This document shows positions 37,814-50,687 of a stretch of DNA of 64,000 nucleotides, piece by piece; the first letter of the stretch is position 1, and every line of letters begins with the position of its first letter. Below the pieces are notes generated by a model, which worked only from the letters and a program-made list of their open reading frames with translations, did no database searches and was not told the DNA's origin. The DNA is from a candidate division FCPU426 bacterium (lineage in GTDB: Bacteria; Oederibacteriota; Muellerivitia; Muellerivitales; Muellerivitaceae): NCBI GenBank assembly GCA_963796105.1, contig CAWCKJ010000011.1:64001-128000 (forward strand). The letters are read 5' to 3'. The position numbers and the translations under genes were made by a program.

Positions 37814-38416
37814 TTATTTGGCGGGTATGGCGGATGCCGCGTCCAACGCCAAATTCAGTTTCAACACGTTGACTCCCGGGTCCCCGATGAAACCCAGCCA
37901 CCTTCCGTCGGTGTTTTGTTGGATGAGTTCCTCGACCTTGGCCTGGTCCAAGCCCCGCGCCTTCGCCACCCGGGAAGCCTGGTACTCGGCCGCCGCCGGG
38001 CTGATGTGGGGGTCTAATCCCGAGCCCGAGGCCGTCACCAGGTCCATGGGCACCGGCGCGCCCGCCATGTCCGGATGGGCTTTCCTCAAGCCTTCCACCC
38101 GGCCCTTGACGCTATTGATGAAATCGGGGTTGGTGGGCCCTAAGTTGGAGCCGCTGGAGTTACTGGCGTTGTAAGCGTATGGCGAGGTGGCGCTGGGCCT
38201 TCCCCAGAAATACTTGGCGTCGTCGAAAGGCTGGCCGATCAGCTCCGAACCCATTATTTTGCCGTTGACGGTGATCAGGCTTCCCCCCGCTTGCTTCGGA
38301 AAGAGGATTTGCCCGAAAAGAGTGACCACGCCCGGGTAAAACAGGCCGCACAGCAGGGTGAAAATGGCCATGAATTTAAAAGATTGTTTTAGTTGCGCCC
38401 CGAATTCATTAATCAT
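37814..38416 (-). CDS. kdpC: K+-transporting ATPase subunit C
   Basis: [34 protein letters not shown]. Confidence 0.96.
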   Translation of the reverse strand: MINEFGAQLKQSFKFMAIFTLLCGLFYPGVVTLFGQILFPKQAGGSLITVNGKIMGSELIGQPFDDAKYFWGRPSATSPYAYNASNSSGSNLGPTNPDFINSVKGRVEGLRKAHPDMAGAPVPMDLVTASGSGLDPHISPAAAEYQASRVAKARGLDQAKVEELIQQNTDGRWLGFIGDPGVNVLKLNLALDAASAIPAK

Positions 38417-38474
38417 TTGATCCTCCTTGAAATTACATTTTCATCTTGCATGTCAACGTGCCTGTACTCCCGTT

Positions 38475-40547
<2,073 letters not shown>

Positions 40548-40638
40548 TTTAGTTTCTCCTTTTTCCCTGCCGGCGGAACCCTTCATCATGGTTCTATTCA
40601 GTTTGGCCCGGTTGTTGCCTTTGAATCTCCCCTGCCTT

Positions 40639-40833
40639 TTAAAAACCTGCTTCCGAACTTTCCTTCGCCCTCTCCCCGCCTTTTTTCCCCGCTTTTTCAT
40701 GTTGAACCATCCCCAAAAATCCGATTAAAAAAGCCGGCCAAGCCACCAGGAAAACCGATACCTGTATGTTTTCCATCACGGTGGAAGCGCCCTTGAACAA
40801 GAGCCCGATCATTTCCCTTTCCACCGGCGGCAT
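40639..40833 (-). CDS. Small hypothetical membrane protein between kdpA and kdpB
   Basis: Purine-rich RBS; one hydrophobic segment [19 protein letters not shown]. Confidence 0.4.
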   Translation of the reverse strand: MPPVEREMIGLLFKGASTVMENIQVSVFLVAWPAFLIGFLGMVQHEKAGKKGGERAKESSEAGF

Positions 40834-40854
40834 GGCTTCTCCTTCCCTCTCCCG

Positions 40855-42645
40855 TTACATCCTTATCATCTTTAAATGCTCCACTATCGGCCCCAGGGCC
40901 ATTGCCGGTATGAAGACCAGCGCCCCCACGATTAAAACCGTGGATATCAGCATGATGATGAACAAGGGCGTGTGGGTGGAAAGCGTCCCGGCGCTTTCCG
41001 GCACGATTTTCTTCCTGGCCAGGCTTCCCGCGATGGCCAGGACCGGGATCTTGATCCAGAAGCGCCCGAACCAGATGGCCGCCGCGCCCAGCAGGTTGTA
41101 GAACGTACTGCCCGAAAGCCCGGCGAAGGCGCTCCCGTTGTTGTTGCTCATGGATGCGAAACCGTAAAGGATCTCGGAAAAACCGTGCGACCCGGGATTG
41201 TTCGTGCCGGCCCCCCCCGCGGCCACGGCGATCCCCGTGCAGATGAGGGTCAAGAGGGCCGGCATGAGGATGGCGATGGAGGCCATCTTGGTCTCGAATG
41301 TCTGGAGTTTCTTGCCAAGGTACTCGGGCGTGCGCCCCACCATCAGGCCCGCCACGAACACCGCCACGATGACGAAGGCCAGCATGCCGTAAAGCCCGCA
41401 GCCCACGCCCCCGAAAACCACCTCTCCCAGTTCGATCAGCCAAAGGGGCACCATGCCGCCCAAGGGCGTGTAGGAATCATGCATGGAGTTGACCGACCCG
41501 TTGGAGGTGGCCGTGCAGGCGGTGGCCCAAAGTGTGGAATTGACGATGCCGAAACGCACTTCCTTCCCCTCCATGTTGCCGTCATGAAGTGTTTCACCGT
41601 GCGCGCCTATCGCAATCTTGTTCAAAAGCGGATTGCCGGCCTGTTCGGATGAGAAACAAAGGTAGAACATCGGCGCGAAGATGAGGAACATGGCGGTGAT
41701 CAATGCCCAGCCCTGGCGCCGGTCCCTGACCATCACCCCGAAGGTATAAAACTGCGCTATGGGTATGAGGAAGATGGCTAACAGCTCCAAAAAGTCCGTG
41801 AGGGGAGTGGGGTTCTCATAGGGGTGGGACGAGTTGACGTTCATGAACCCTCCCCCGTTGGTGAAGAGTTCCTTGACCGACTCCTGGGAGGCCATGGGCC
41901 CCAGGGCGATGGGCTGTTCCGTTACCGCCGTGTGGGTGGATTGGGGCTTGCCGTCCACGCTCACGGGCTGTCCCTGCGCGTTGGTGACGGGCAGGTCATA
42001 GGAAGTCGCCTGGACGAGGGAGGCCGTGGGGGAATTGGAGAAAGTCTGGGGAGTCCCCTGCTGGATGAGGACCAGGGCGAAAAGGAAGCTCAAGGGAAAC
42101 ACTATATAGAGGGTCCCCCTCGTCAGGTCGGCCCAGAAATTCCCGAGCAAAGTGGTTTCCCGCCGGGCGATTCCCCGGATAAGGGCGATCATGACGGCCA
42201 GTCCCGAGGCCGCGCAGACGAAATTTTGCACCGCCAGGCCCGCCATTTGGGTCAGGTAGCTCATAGTGGTTTCGCCGCCGTAAAACTGCCAATTGGTGTT
42301 GGTTATGAAACTCAAGGCCGTGTTCAAGGCCAGGTCGGGCGGCACCGCGCTTTGTCCCGCCGGATTCAGGGGCAGGTGCTGTTGGACGCGCAGAATGATA
42401 TAAAGAATGATTCCGCCAACGATATTGAAGAAGAGCATGGCCAGGGCGTAACCCTTCCAATCCATCTCCTTTTTAGGGTCCACCCCGCAGATCTTATAGA
42501 TCAGTCTTTCCAGCCAGCCCAGTAATTTTTCCATAAAGAAGGGCTTGTCCCCATAAACCCAGGACATGTAAATCCCGGTTGGTTTAATCAGGGCTAATAA
42601 CACCAAGAAGAAAATGATTACTTGAAGCCATTGATTGCTATTCAT
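40855..42645 (-). CDS. kdpA: K+-transporting ATPase subunit A
   Basis: TNTNWQ, TNGGG, SNGSVN, NNGSAF selectivity motifs. Confidence 0.97.
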   Translation of the reverse strand: MNSNQWLQVIIFFLVLLALIKPTGIYMSWVYGDKPFFMEKLLGWLERLIYKICGVDPKKEMDWKGYALAMLFFNIVGGIILYIILRVQQHLPLNPAGQSAVPPDLALNTALSFITNTNWQFYGGETTMSYLTQMAGLAVQNFVCAASGLAVMIALIRGIARRETTLLGNFWADLTRGTLYIVFPLSFLFALVLIQQGTPQTFSNSPTASLVQATSYDLPVTNAQGQPVSVDGKPQSTHTAVTEQPIALGPMASQESVKELFTNGGGFMNVNSSHPYENPTPLTDFLELLAIFLIPIAQFYTFGVMVRDRRQGWALITAMFLIFAPMFYLCFSSEQAGNPLLNKIAIGAHGETLHDGNMEGKEVRFGIVNSTLWATACTATSNGSVNSMHDSYTPLGGMVPLWLIELGEVVFGGVGCGLYGMLAFVIVAVFVAGLMVGRTPEYLGKKLQTFETKMASIAILMPALLTLICTGIAVAAGGAGTNNPGSHGFSEILYGFASMSNNNGSAFAGLSGSTFYNLLGAAAIWFGRFWIKIPVLAIAGSLARKKIVPESAGTLSTHTPLFIIMLISTVLIVGALVFIPAMALGPIVEHLKMIRM

Positions 42646-42665
42646 TGATTCCTCCCCAATTCACT

Positions 42666-42937
42666 TTTCACCACAGAGACTCAGCCAAAACCCTCTTTTA
42701 CTTCGTTTCAAAATTATTTTTTGAGCTCCCCAAAATTCGTCTTAACTGTGTCCCCAAGTCTTTGTGGTGAGATCGGTTTTTGTCTTACCCATTAAATTGT
42801 TTTAACTGTCAACGACCCATCGCTGCGGTGCGATGGGTTCTGTGCGGTGCGAAGCACCACTGTGGTGAAAATAGTTTTGATGTTTCCCAAAAATATCTTA
42901 ACTGTGCCTCTGTGGTTCCATCGGAACCCGTGGTTAA
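42666..42937. repeat. Cluster of family B-like CACCACAGAG/CTGTGGTG palindromic ends between kdpF and kdpA
   Basis: tttcaccacagagac ... tgtggtgag ... ctgtggtgaaa ... ctgtgcctctgtggtt. Confidence 0.6.
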
Positions 42938-42946
42938 CTTTGCTGT

Positions 42947-43036
42947 TTAAAACCACTCCGGCTTCACTAGCGCCGCCACCAGATAAACCAGAAGCCCCGC
43001 GGAAACGATCCCGCTGATGATATAAACCGCGTTCAT
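42947..43036 (-). CDS. kdpF: K+-transporting ATPase subunit F (29 aa)
   Basis: MNAVYIISGIVSAGLLVYLVAALVKPEWF: YL..AL..PE.F signature. Confidence 0.9.
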   Translation of the reverse strand: MNAVYIISGIVSAGLLVYLVAALVKPEWF

Positions 43037-43131
43037 GATTCCCCTCCCATCATCTTGTCCAGGGCGTATATCAGCCAAAGTGACGACGCCGATAACGCCG
43101 CGAAAATTCCGACGCAATAAAGTTCCAGCAT
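43033..43131 (-). CDS. 32-aa hydrophobic kdp-associated peptide
   Basis: MLELYCVGIFAALSASSLWLIYALDKMMGGES; RBS GGAGGG; ATGA-coupled to kdpF. Confidence 0.7.
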   Translation of the reverse strand: MLELYCVGIFAALSASSLWLIYALDKMMGGES

Positions 43132-43141
43132 GATTCCCTCC

Positions 43142-43342
43142 CTAATCCAGGATTCTTCCGTCCAGGCGGTCCTTCTCGACCAACCGCAGGATGCGGCTGG
43201 TGTGTTTCTCGGCGGACTCTTCCGCGTCTTCTTGCGCCTGTTTCCCGGCCTTTTTTAGCGTTCGAACTGTGTAGCCAACCAGGAGGCAAACCACCCCGAA
43301 AATAAGCGGGCTTAAAAGGAATAAAAGCCTTTGAGTGTTCAT
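43142..43342 (-). CDS. 66-aa single-TM protein heading the kdp operon
   Basis: RBS GGAGG; N-terminal TM and charged tail. Confidence 0.6.
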   Translation of the reverse strand: MNTQRLLFLLSPLIFGVVCLLVGYTVRTLKKAGKQAQEDAEESAEKHTSRILRLVEKDRLDGRILD

Positions 43343-43695
43343 GAAATCCTCCCTTGCCGTAACGGCCCTGTTTTTTTCTTCAGGTTAAAGATACGGCTAA
43401 AGGGGATAAGGATGCTGTTAAGAGGGGACGCGAAGTTATATGGAAAAAATTAAAATGAAGGGAATTTCAATGCGCTATTTGAATGATTTTGGTGTGCTTG
43501 CAAAATTAAACATTTTGAACGGCTTAGAAACTCAGAGAAGAAACCGAGGAGATTAATCTGATAGTGTAATTATAACTTCGCTAAATTTTCGACGAATTCT
43601 ATGAATATTTCTAAATGCCGAATGGTCAAGTGCCACCTAGCACGATACGCATACTGCTATTTGCCACGAAACGAAAAGCTTGTCCCTTATTTTAT

Positions 43696-45237
43696 TCAGG
43701 CAAATGCAGTTTGCTGCGATGACTCTAGTTTATTAATAAATTCGTGAGCTGCTTGAATTGGCGTAATTTTCCTTAAATCCAAATAAAAAATATCATCCGA
43801 AATTCCCACAACTTTCACATCATCAACTACAATTGGCAATAAATATTCCGAAGTTCTTTTTTCACGCGCGTCTTTACCGATAGACAATTCAAAACTCGGC
43901 CAATCCTTTTCTGGATAATCTTCATTTAAAAAAACAACCATGTATTGTGCATCATTTGCATAAACATCCGCTAATTTCCTCCGGAGATTAGTTCCCCAAA
44001 GTTTAAATTGTTCATCAAAATCATAAAAAACATTAATCCCATTCTTTTTCAGTTCAAGAACAAATTCTTCAACAATCTGTCGTATTGTTCCAGAAAAGGA
44101 AACTGCAACATCCCATTCAAACCCTCCCGATCTTACGAATATATGTTTTTTTATTTCCTCTATATCTATAAGCGATAAATAAAATCGAAACGACGGATCT
44201 TCGATAGATAATGTTCTTGACTGAGAATCATAAAATAAAGCATCTTCCAAACCATGATCCGCGATCACAGCCGGTAAATAATTTAAACAATTATAAAATG
44301 AAGTGCTTTTTCTCGATCGTTCTTTTGGATCTGCCTGGCTACCTACGATTCGCTTGAATAGTTCTTCGGCTGGTATTTCACTTCTATCAATGAGACAAAT
44401 ATTACGAATTATTTCAAAATAAGTGTTATGTACAGATCTTGCTTGTTGTTTACCCTTAGCCAGCCCAATTGTTTTTGTAAAATATTTTCCTTTATAAATT
44501 CTCAATACCGCTTCCCGAATCTCACTTAAAGAAATATTAATTGTTATGTTTTTAGTGCATGTTTGTTTCACGTCACTATGAACACAAGCAATTCTACAAA
44601 TCGCCTGCAAGGCAGAAGGGATACATTTACAAACTTTTATAATTTCGCTAATACTTTTATCGGAAAATTTTAAATTTAGAGCCTTCTCCCCTCTTTCTAT
44701 TACTTCTGAGCAGAAACTATCATCTTGAACTTTCATTTCATAAGGATCATTACGTATTCCTAATTCAGGATCTATCGTTAGTAAATCATGTGCACTTGCA
44801 GCAATGCCAATTATTAAAATCCTTATTTCTTTTTCATGCCATAGTTTTAAATTTTTACCAATTTGATTACGAACCTCGCTTTTCAAATGGTGAAAATCAT
44901 CAATTACCAATATCCCGCAAGCTTTCATCCAACTATATAAATCTTCATGATCAATTGAACAATTCAGCCGTTTTGAAATGAAATTCTCCCAAGAATTTTC
45001 ATTAGAAAATTCACGACCTGATGCCCATTCGAATTTACCCGTTCCTACGCCTGCATCTTGTAGAGCTTTTCTAACTAAAGTTGTTTTTCCACAACCAGAA
45101 GGGCCACAAATAGTTATATGTTTTCCCTTTGTTTCTAAAGATGCGACTAAATCACGGTGTTCTTTAGGTTTTACAAATGTCACCTCTGGAATAGAGGCTT
45201 CATTAAAAATTGCATCCAATTGATAAGTTGGTGTCAT
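43696..45237 (-). CDS. P-loop NTPase (STAND-like) fused to a C-terminal TIR domain
   Basis: Walker A GPSGCGKT, Walker B ILVIDD; TIR WDVAVSFSG..VFYD..LWG..WPSFEL..LLPI; AT-rich. Confidence 0.85.
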   Translation of the reverse strand: MTPTYQLDAIFNEASIPEVTFVKPKEHRDLVASLETKGKHITICGPSGCGKTTLVRKALQDAGVGTGKFEWASGREFSNENSWENFISKRLNCSIDHEDLYSWMKACGILVIDDFHHLKSEVRNQIGKNLKLWHEKEIRILIIGIAASAHDLLTIDPELGIRNDPYEMKVQDDSFCSEVIERGEKALNLKFSDKSISEIIKVCKCIPSALQAICRIACVHSDVKQTCTKNITINISLSEIREAVLRIYKGKYFTKTIGLAKGKQQARSVHNTYFEIIRNICLIDRSEIPAEELFKRIVGSQADPKERSRKSTSFYNCLNYLPAVIADHGLEDALFYDSQSRTLSIEDPSFRFYLSLIDIEEIKKHIFVRSGGFEWDVAVSFSGTIRQIVEEFVLELKKNGINVFYDFDEQFKLWGTNLRRKLADVYANDAQYMVVFLNEDYPEKDWPSFELSIGKDAREKRTSEYLLPIVVDDVKVVGISDDIFYLDLRKITPIQAAHEFINKLESSQQTAFA

Positions 45238-45388
45238 TTTTTATTCCTAATTCTTTAATATTCTAAAAGAGATAATACAAATCATTCTCTAAACACATCT
45301 ACTACTTTAAGCACAAACCTTTCCGATCAATTGTTTTTCACCTCCAAATGGCCACTCAATCATAAAACGGTTAGAATTCCATTCTACA

Positions 45389-46216
45389 TTAAGGGAGAAA
45401 TTGACTTTCCTGCACCTTGAATGTTGAAAGATAAGGGGATAGGTTCAAGGAAGCACTTAGAACCCCACTTACGGCTAAAGTAATTTGTGAAAATAAAAAA
45501 AGTAAATTTCCCGACATAGTATCAACCACATTCCAACAAGCATTAGGCATTTTATTTCGCATTTCACTGTTAATGAAACCTAATGGTTTGTTATCGAAAA
45601 CGATAAATCCTTTTCCCAAGACAAAAATTCCATCAAGAGATGGGCTGGGTGTCGAATACCGTTCCTCATTTACTGTCGACAATATTCGAGTTGGAATATT
45701 TAATTCTGTATGTAATGGTTGAATCCACCCATATATTGTATTCATATTCACGGGTCCTTCGAATGCAACCACATAATTTAATACGCTTGGGGGAAGATGA
45801 CCGGTAAACAAAGTAGTCATATTGTTTCGCTTCAAGCTTTTTGCAGTTTTTGCCGCATTGATAGCGGCTTTTAATCCCGTGGCATCTATTTCTGATTTAA
45901 CTTCAATTGTTGCAACAACAGATTCTGCTAAAAATGCCGAAATCCCACCGCCTATATCAAGTCTGGGAAAATCACGACTATATACCACGATATCAAATTG
46001 ATTTCGCTGCATAGTTTGTGGGGGATTTGGTTGCGAATGACAATCGATAATCTCACCACTACCAATTGCAACTCGTTCACTAAGATGAGTTTCCAAAAAT
46101 TGACGAATGAAAGATTCTCGTGGTGTCCCTTTATGTAAAACATGTCCAGAATTTGCTGGAATTTTCGATGTGGCGAGAAGAGTATTTTCCACTGCATCCA
46201 TGTGAGCTTTAAGCAT
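45389..46216 (-). CDS. DUF6602-like PD-(D/E)xK nuclease-fold protein
   Basis: KGTPRE..FL..GSGEIID..QFDIVVY..ESVVATIEVKS; AT-rich. Confidence 0.75.
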   Translation of the reverse strand: MLKAHMDAVENTLLATSKIPANSGHVLHKGTPRESFIRQFLETHLSERVAIGSGEIIDCHSQPNPPQTMQRNQFDIVVYSRDFPRLDIGGGISAFLAESVVATIEVKSEIDATGLKAAINAAKTAKSLKRNNMTTLFTGHLPPSVLNYVVAFEGPVNMNTIYGWIQPLHTELNIPTRILSTVNEERYSTPSPSLDGIFVLGKGFIVFDNKPLGFINSEMRNKMPNACWNVVDTMSGNLLFLFSQITLAVSGVLSASLNLSPYLSTFKVQESQFLP

Positions 46217-46370
46217 CGAATGTCTCTCTACAAATTGTTTATTAGGCTCAAGTTTCTAGTGCAACACTATGAAAATTTGGTTCAGGCACCCAGCCCTATC
46301 TTGACGCAGGGACCTTTCAACACTTTAAACAGTCACAACCCCGGGATCGAAATTCCACTTCTTAAATATT

Positions 46371-46787
46371 TTATTTTTTAAAATGTAACCATCGGGAAAA
46401 GAAGCCTTTTTTCTGGTCGTTTTTAGCTGCGACTTCATCGAGATAAGTTTTCAGAGCATTCCTATTGCCCTCTTTCATAGCCAGGAAATGGATGCCCGCG
46501 CCCTTTTCATTCAACCTGACCACTTCGGCAATGGCCCTTATGATTTCGGTCGAGCCGGGAAGCATAATATCGAGGTTCAATTTTTCCCCAACCTTTAGCG
46601 TCTTGCACCCTACCAGGGACATGCCGCTGAGGCTTATATTCAAAGTGTCACCTTTTATCTCCTTCTTATCCCTATCAAGAAGCCTTTCTATTTCATCCTC
46701 GCTGTCCATCTCCCGAATGATGACAGATATTTGGGCGTCGAGCCGTGAAGCGGCCCGTTTATTATTTTCCTTGAAAGATTTCCCCAT
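46371..46787 (-). CDS. PilZ domain protein
   Basis: KRAASR (RxxxR) and NISLSG (D/NxSxxG). Confidence 0.85.
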   Translation of the reverse strand: MGKSFKENNKRAASRLDAQISVIIREMDSEDEIERLLDRDKKEIKGDTLNISLSGMSLVGCKTLKVGEKLNLDIMLPGSTEIIRAIAEVVRLNEKGAGIHFLAMKEGNRNALKTYLDEVAAKNDQKKGFFSRWLHFKK

Positions 46788-46842
46788 AGGCAGCCTTTTA
46801 ACCGAAATTCCAATCCCCAACACCTAATTGGGTTTTATTGCA

Positions 46843-47928
46843 TCATTCTTTCCATCCCAAAGTGTCCCTCATTACCGGAACCAGTATATTCGCCAGCTCC
46901 TTTTGTGCCTTGGCCTGGGGATGGTAATCACAACCCAATTCGTCCGAGGGAACATTGGGATATCCCACGAAATAAACATGCTCATCCCCGGCCTCATGGC
47001 GCTTGGCCACCACCTCTTCCACGTAGGAGCTATAGCCGGGCCAGCCCGTGGTCGCGAAACAATATATGAAGGCGTTGGGGTATTTCCCCCGGACTTCCTT
47101 GATCAATTTGAGGTATCCATCGATGTAATCCTGGCTGTCGGCCTCGGGCTTGCTGGAAAAATCGTTTTGGCCGAGGTGGATGACCACCGCGTCGGGAACC
47201 CATTGGGAGAAATCCCATGGCTTGTCGGGATCATGGCAAAGAACGCGGTTAAAAAGGGTTGGAAAAGGATCGGCGGACCTTTTGTTTTTGTCCCCCCAAT
47301 TGCGCACAATTCCTTTGCCCGAATAGGCGACTAGGGTGTATTCGGCGTTCAGGTCCCGGGCCGCCTCAGCCCCGAAAGCCTTGTCCGCGTTCTCGAAGGG
47401 CCGGAGGTTCTCGCATTTCAGGGTAGTCGCTTCGTCCCCGTAGCCGCAGGCGAAGGAGTCCCCGATAATCTCGATCTTCCGGGCCGGTTTGGGAGGCGGG
47501 TTTAACAGGACGCCCTCATCGGATAAAACCAGCCCCTTGAAGGCGGCAATCCCGAAAAGGGCCTCGGTCCGTTTGACGATCTGGACGGTATGCTCCCCGT
47601 TGGCCAAGCCGGCCAAGGTGTAGAGGTTATGGTCGGGCTGGGTTACCCATACTTTTTCAGGCTTCCCGTCCACCTTGACGTCATAGTCGTTACCCCCGTC
47701 CTCCAATAGGAAACCAATGGATTTTCCCTTGAACTTGACCAATATGGAGACACCCGGCCAATCGAACCGCGGGGCCTTGGGATCGGAAAAATCGATCCGG
47801 CCTGAGTATTGGATCATGGGATTGTCGGGGAGGGTGATGGGGGCCCCATGGGCGCGGGAAAACAACAGGGCCAATAATAGCGAGAAAAGGATTCTTGTTA
47901 TCGCGGGTTTACTTTTCAAAATTCGCAT
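46843..47928 (-). CDS. Secreted SGNH/GDSL esterase (CE2-like)
   Basis: FDWPG, KRTE, IIGDSFACGYG, AYSGKG, LGQND, CDYHP. Confidence 0.88.
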   Translation of the reverse strand: MRILKSKPAITRILFSLLLALLFSRAHGAPITLPDNPMIQYSGRIDFSDPKAPRFDWPGVSILVKFKGKSIGFLLEDGGNDYDVKVDGKPEKVWVTQPDHNLYTLAGLANGEHTVQIVKRTEALFGIAAFKGLVLSDEGVLLNPPPKPARKIEIIGDSFACGYGDEATTLKCENLRPFENADKAFGAEAARDLNAEYTLVAYSGKGIVRNWGDKNKRSADPFPTLFNRVLCHDPDKPWDFSQWVPDAVVIHLGQNDFSSKPEADSQDYIDGYLKLIKEVRGKYPNAFIYCFATTGWPGYSSYVEEVVAKRHEAGDEHVYFVGYPNVPSDELGCDYHPQAKAQKELANILVPVMRDTLGWKE

Positions 47929-47934
47929 AAAGGA

Positions 47935-48378
47935 TCAGTTCTTTTCAGGGGTATTTTTGCGCAGCTCAATGGCCCGGGAAAGCAGTTCCATATCCCCCTT
48001 GTGGACCGCCGTGACTTTCATGCCGGTTGAAAAAACCATTTCCTTCATCTCGGCCTCGAAGCCGACGTCATGGGCCTCAGCGATAAAGTGAAGCGGGCAA
48101 TTGAAGTCAGCGACATGGGTGATGACCTCCAGGTGCATACCAGGCCGGAGGGGTTCCTGGCTGCAAAAAACCACGCGGCCCGCCAGGAGATCCTCGGGGG
48201 TGACACGCAAGAGATGCGCCATCATTCGGGCCAAGTCCGTATGATGCATGGTCGAATGGGAAAAATTGGGGTCCTTGGTCAGTTGGGCGAGTTCCAGGTC
48301 CGTTAACACCTTGTAGTCCACCATCACAGGAGAGCCAGTCCTTTTCTGGTTTTCTATCCAGCCTTTTTTCAATGACAT
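47935..48378 (-). CDS. Hypothetical protein, possibly a degenerate PilZ-like fold
   Basis: ORF with RBS; weak resemblance only. Confidence 0.6.
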   Translation of the reverse strand: MSLKKGWIENQKRTGSPVMVDYKVLTDLELAQLTKDPNFSHSTMHHTDLARMMAHLLRVTPEDLLAGRVVFCSQEPLRPGMHLEVITHVADFNCPLHFIAEAHDVGFEAEMKEMVFSTGMKVTAVHKGDMELLSRAIELRKNTPEKN

Positions 48379-48563
48379 ATTCCCTCTTTTGACCCGTTTT
48401 AACCGCCCCGCATTCTCCCTGATTCTCGCACGATCTTCCGGGAAATTCCAAAAGATAAGGAAAGGCCCAATACAATCCTAAAAACTGTTGGCCTGATAGG
48501 GTTCCAGTCCACACAAAACCCAAATAACAAAAATAAATTCAGATATTTTTAATTCTCAAAGGC

Positions 48564-48897
48564 ATTAAGCAAAACTAAGTCTTTTGCCATGGATTCAGGG
48601 GATGCAGGGGATAGGCAAGAAACTGGATTTTGCAGGAATAGTTTATCGATCGTGTTTTATGGTTCAGCCGACGGCCTCTGGAAAAATCTATTTTTCCGAG
48701 GCTCGTGAGTTTGGCCATAACGCCCATCGGGCGCAATGGTGTAACCATTGACACGATCTAGAGGGTTGAATCCCATGTATCCCATGCATGCCGACCTTCC
48801 TATGAGTAATTAAGGAGGTCGGTATCGTACCAATCTTCATATAAGCTTTATGGAAGATTGGCACATCTGTGGCAAGAGTCTATTTTGAACAGGTGTG
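48564..48897 (-). repeat. Structured dispersed repeat, family A, copy 3 (long form, inverted)
   Basis: Reverse complement aligns to 7933-8280. Confidence 0.92.
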
Positions 48898-48960
48898 AAC
48901 TGCTTTCAATTCTTCATTGTACATTTTTCATTGTAAATTGCTTTCCTAGAGAGCCTTCCC

Positions 48961-50574
48961 CTATTTCTGGGCCGGGACATCCTTGAGCAATTCCACGTCG
49001 TCGATCTTGAAGTCAAAATCCGCGTCGCCGGAACCTGGGGTAAAAGTGATTTTGTTGACGTCATTAAATTTCTTCTCAACCTGCTTTCCCCAGTTGGCTT
49101 GCTTGAGATCCGAGAAGGGGATGGTGACTTGGGTCCATTCGGCAGGGGAGACGAAATCCGCCTGGTAATCGCAGTAGTCGGATACGGAGGCCTTGTTCAA
49201 GGAAACGGTATGGGTTTTTCCGTCGCCTTGGGTGTAGAACCGGATGGCCTTGTAGGCCGTGAGGTCCTCGGGGGCTGACGCGCTGTTCAAGTTGAGGGAA
49301 AGAAGCGCCCAAGGCCAAGGCGCCTGCATGGGGCCCATGTGGCCTTTTAATCCGGCGCAGTGGCCGGAGGACTGGGGCGAGCCCCCGGGCAAAGGCGCGA
49401 ATGGGACCGGTGAGAGCTTGGTGGCCCCGTTGCCGTCACAGCCCTCCCACCAGGCGCTCCCGAAAGTTGGGGCGTCGGACTCGAAATCATCCAGTTTCAG
49501 GACATCCTTCGCGGGGGCCGCGACGATGGTCTTCTCATCGATGACAGCCGGTTTGGCCTCGATGGGAGCCGGCGAAACGGCGGCCTTGGCTTGTTTCCAG
49601 GAGGCGTTGACGAGGGTCAATTCCCCCGGGTCGAACGAGATAACGTAAACACCCTTATCGGCGGGTTTCAGGTCCTTCCCCTTTTGGGATACTTGGAGGC
49701 CGTCCCCTTGGATGCTTAATTTCAACTTTACGTCCTTCGGGAGGTTGGCGGGTTTTTCCCAGCGGATGACGGTTTTATCCCCGTCCTTTTGGGGCTCGGT
49801 TTTTTCCAGGGTTTTTTGCGCCCGCCAATAGGCGCACACTTCCCCGAAAGGCGCGGTCCAGAGGTCCTTCTTTTTTTCCACCAGGTAATCCAGGAGTTTC
49901 GTGTAGGTCTCCCGGGTGATGGGCTGGTACCAGTTCGAGGGCTCGATGGCGTGGATCATCAGCACGGTCCAGGCCCCGGAGGAAAGGTCCTGGTCCACCC
50001 AATTCTTGTAGGTTTCGTACGCGAAGGCGGTCATGGTGGCTTGGCTGGGCAGGTTGAACCAATCCGGTTCCATGTCCGGCGTGAGGTATGCGTTGCCGCC
50101 CCCGCCCCTGGCCGCGAAATTCTCCGCCTCGACCCATTTCCTCAGGCCCGGCGAAATCTCCACGTAGGGATAGGCCAAAGTCAGCACTGGCACGCCGCAT
50201 AAGCGCTGGAGTTTATCCTTGGCCTCCACCACCTCGTTTTTCTCATCGTCGGGCTTCAGCTCGTTCACGTGGCTGTGGGTCATGGTGTGGTTGCCGATTT
50301 CCTGGTCGAAGATGGCGGCTTTTTTCCAATCGTCGGGCCGGTCCAGCTTGCCCGCGATCAGGTAAAAGGTACCCCTTAGTTTCCTTTTGGCCATCTCCGG
50401 GATTGCCACGTCCAAGTGACAGGGGTCGCCGTCGTCGTAGGTCAGGGATAGGGCGGCTTTGTAGCCGTTCCAGGGGAGGACCTCAAAGGGGACATCCTTA
50501 GCGCTTAAAACCAATGGATAAAGAAGGGCTGTTATGAAAAGACAGGTTGAGGCCAAAATGAGTGTAAACCGCAT
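48961..50574 (-). CDS. Secreted polysaccharide deacetylase with C-terminal CIA30/CBM11-like domain
   Basis: LTYDDG, EIGNHTMTH, AYPY; C-terminal DLTAYKAIRFY..WTQVTIPFSDL..IDDV. Confidence 0.85.
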   Translation of the reverse strand: MRFTLILASTCLFITALLYPLVLSAKDVPFEVLPWNGYKAALSLTYDDGDPCHLDVAIPEMAKRKLRGTFYLIAGKLDRPDDWKKAAIFDQEIGNHTMTHSHVNELKPDDEKNEVVEAKDKLQRLCGVPVLTLAYPYVEISPGLRKWVEAENFAARGGGGNAYLTPDMEPDWFNLPSQATMTAFAYETYKNWVDQDLSSGAWTVLMIHAIEPSNWYQPITRETYTKLLDYLVEKKKDLWTAPFGEVCAYWRAQKTLEKTEPQKDGDKTVIRWEKPANLPKDVKLKLSIQGDGLQVSQKGKDLKPADKGVYVISFDPGELTLVNASWKQAKAAVSPAPIEAKPAVIDEKTIVAAPAKDVLKLDDFESDAPTFGSAWWEGCDGNGATKLSPVPFAPLPGGSPQSSGHCAGLKGHMGPMQAPWPWALLSLNLNSASAPEDLTAYKAIRFYTQGDGKTHTVSLNKASVSDYCDYQADFVSPAEWTQVTIPFSDLKQANWGKQVEKKFNDVNKITFTPGSGDADFDFKIDDVELLKDVPAQK

Positions 50575-50687
50575 CTAACCCTCCCAAATTGAGCTTTTGA
50601 ATAAAAGCCATCTTGCCCCGCCACGGGGCAAAATGCCACCGTGAAATCTAGCGGAAAAGTCGGCTTCGGTCGGTGGAAAACTGGTTC

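Noticed and set aside
40548..40700. Basic N-terminal extension of KdpB given by the ORF track
   Set aside because: Homology begins at MTEHTK (40547), which has its own AGGAG RBS
45240..45388. Integron attC site between the AT-rich genes
   Set aside because: No paired RYYYAAC/GTTRRRY ends and no integrase in the window
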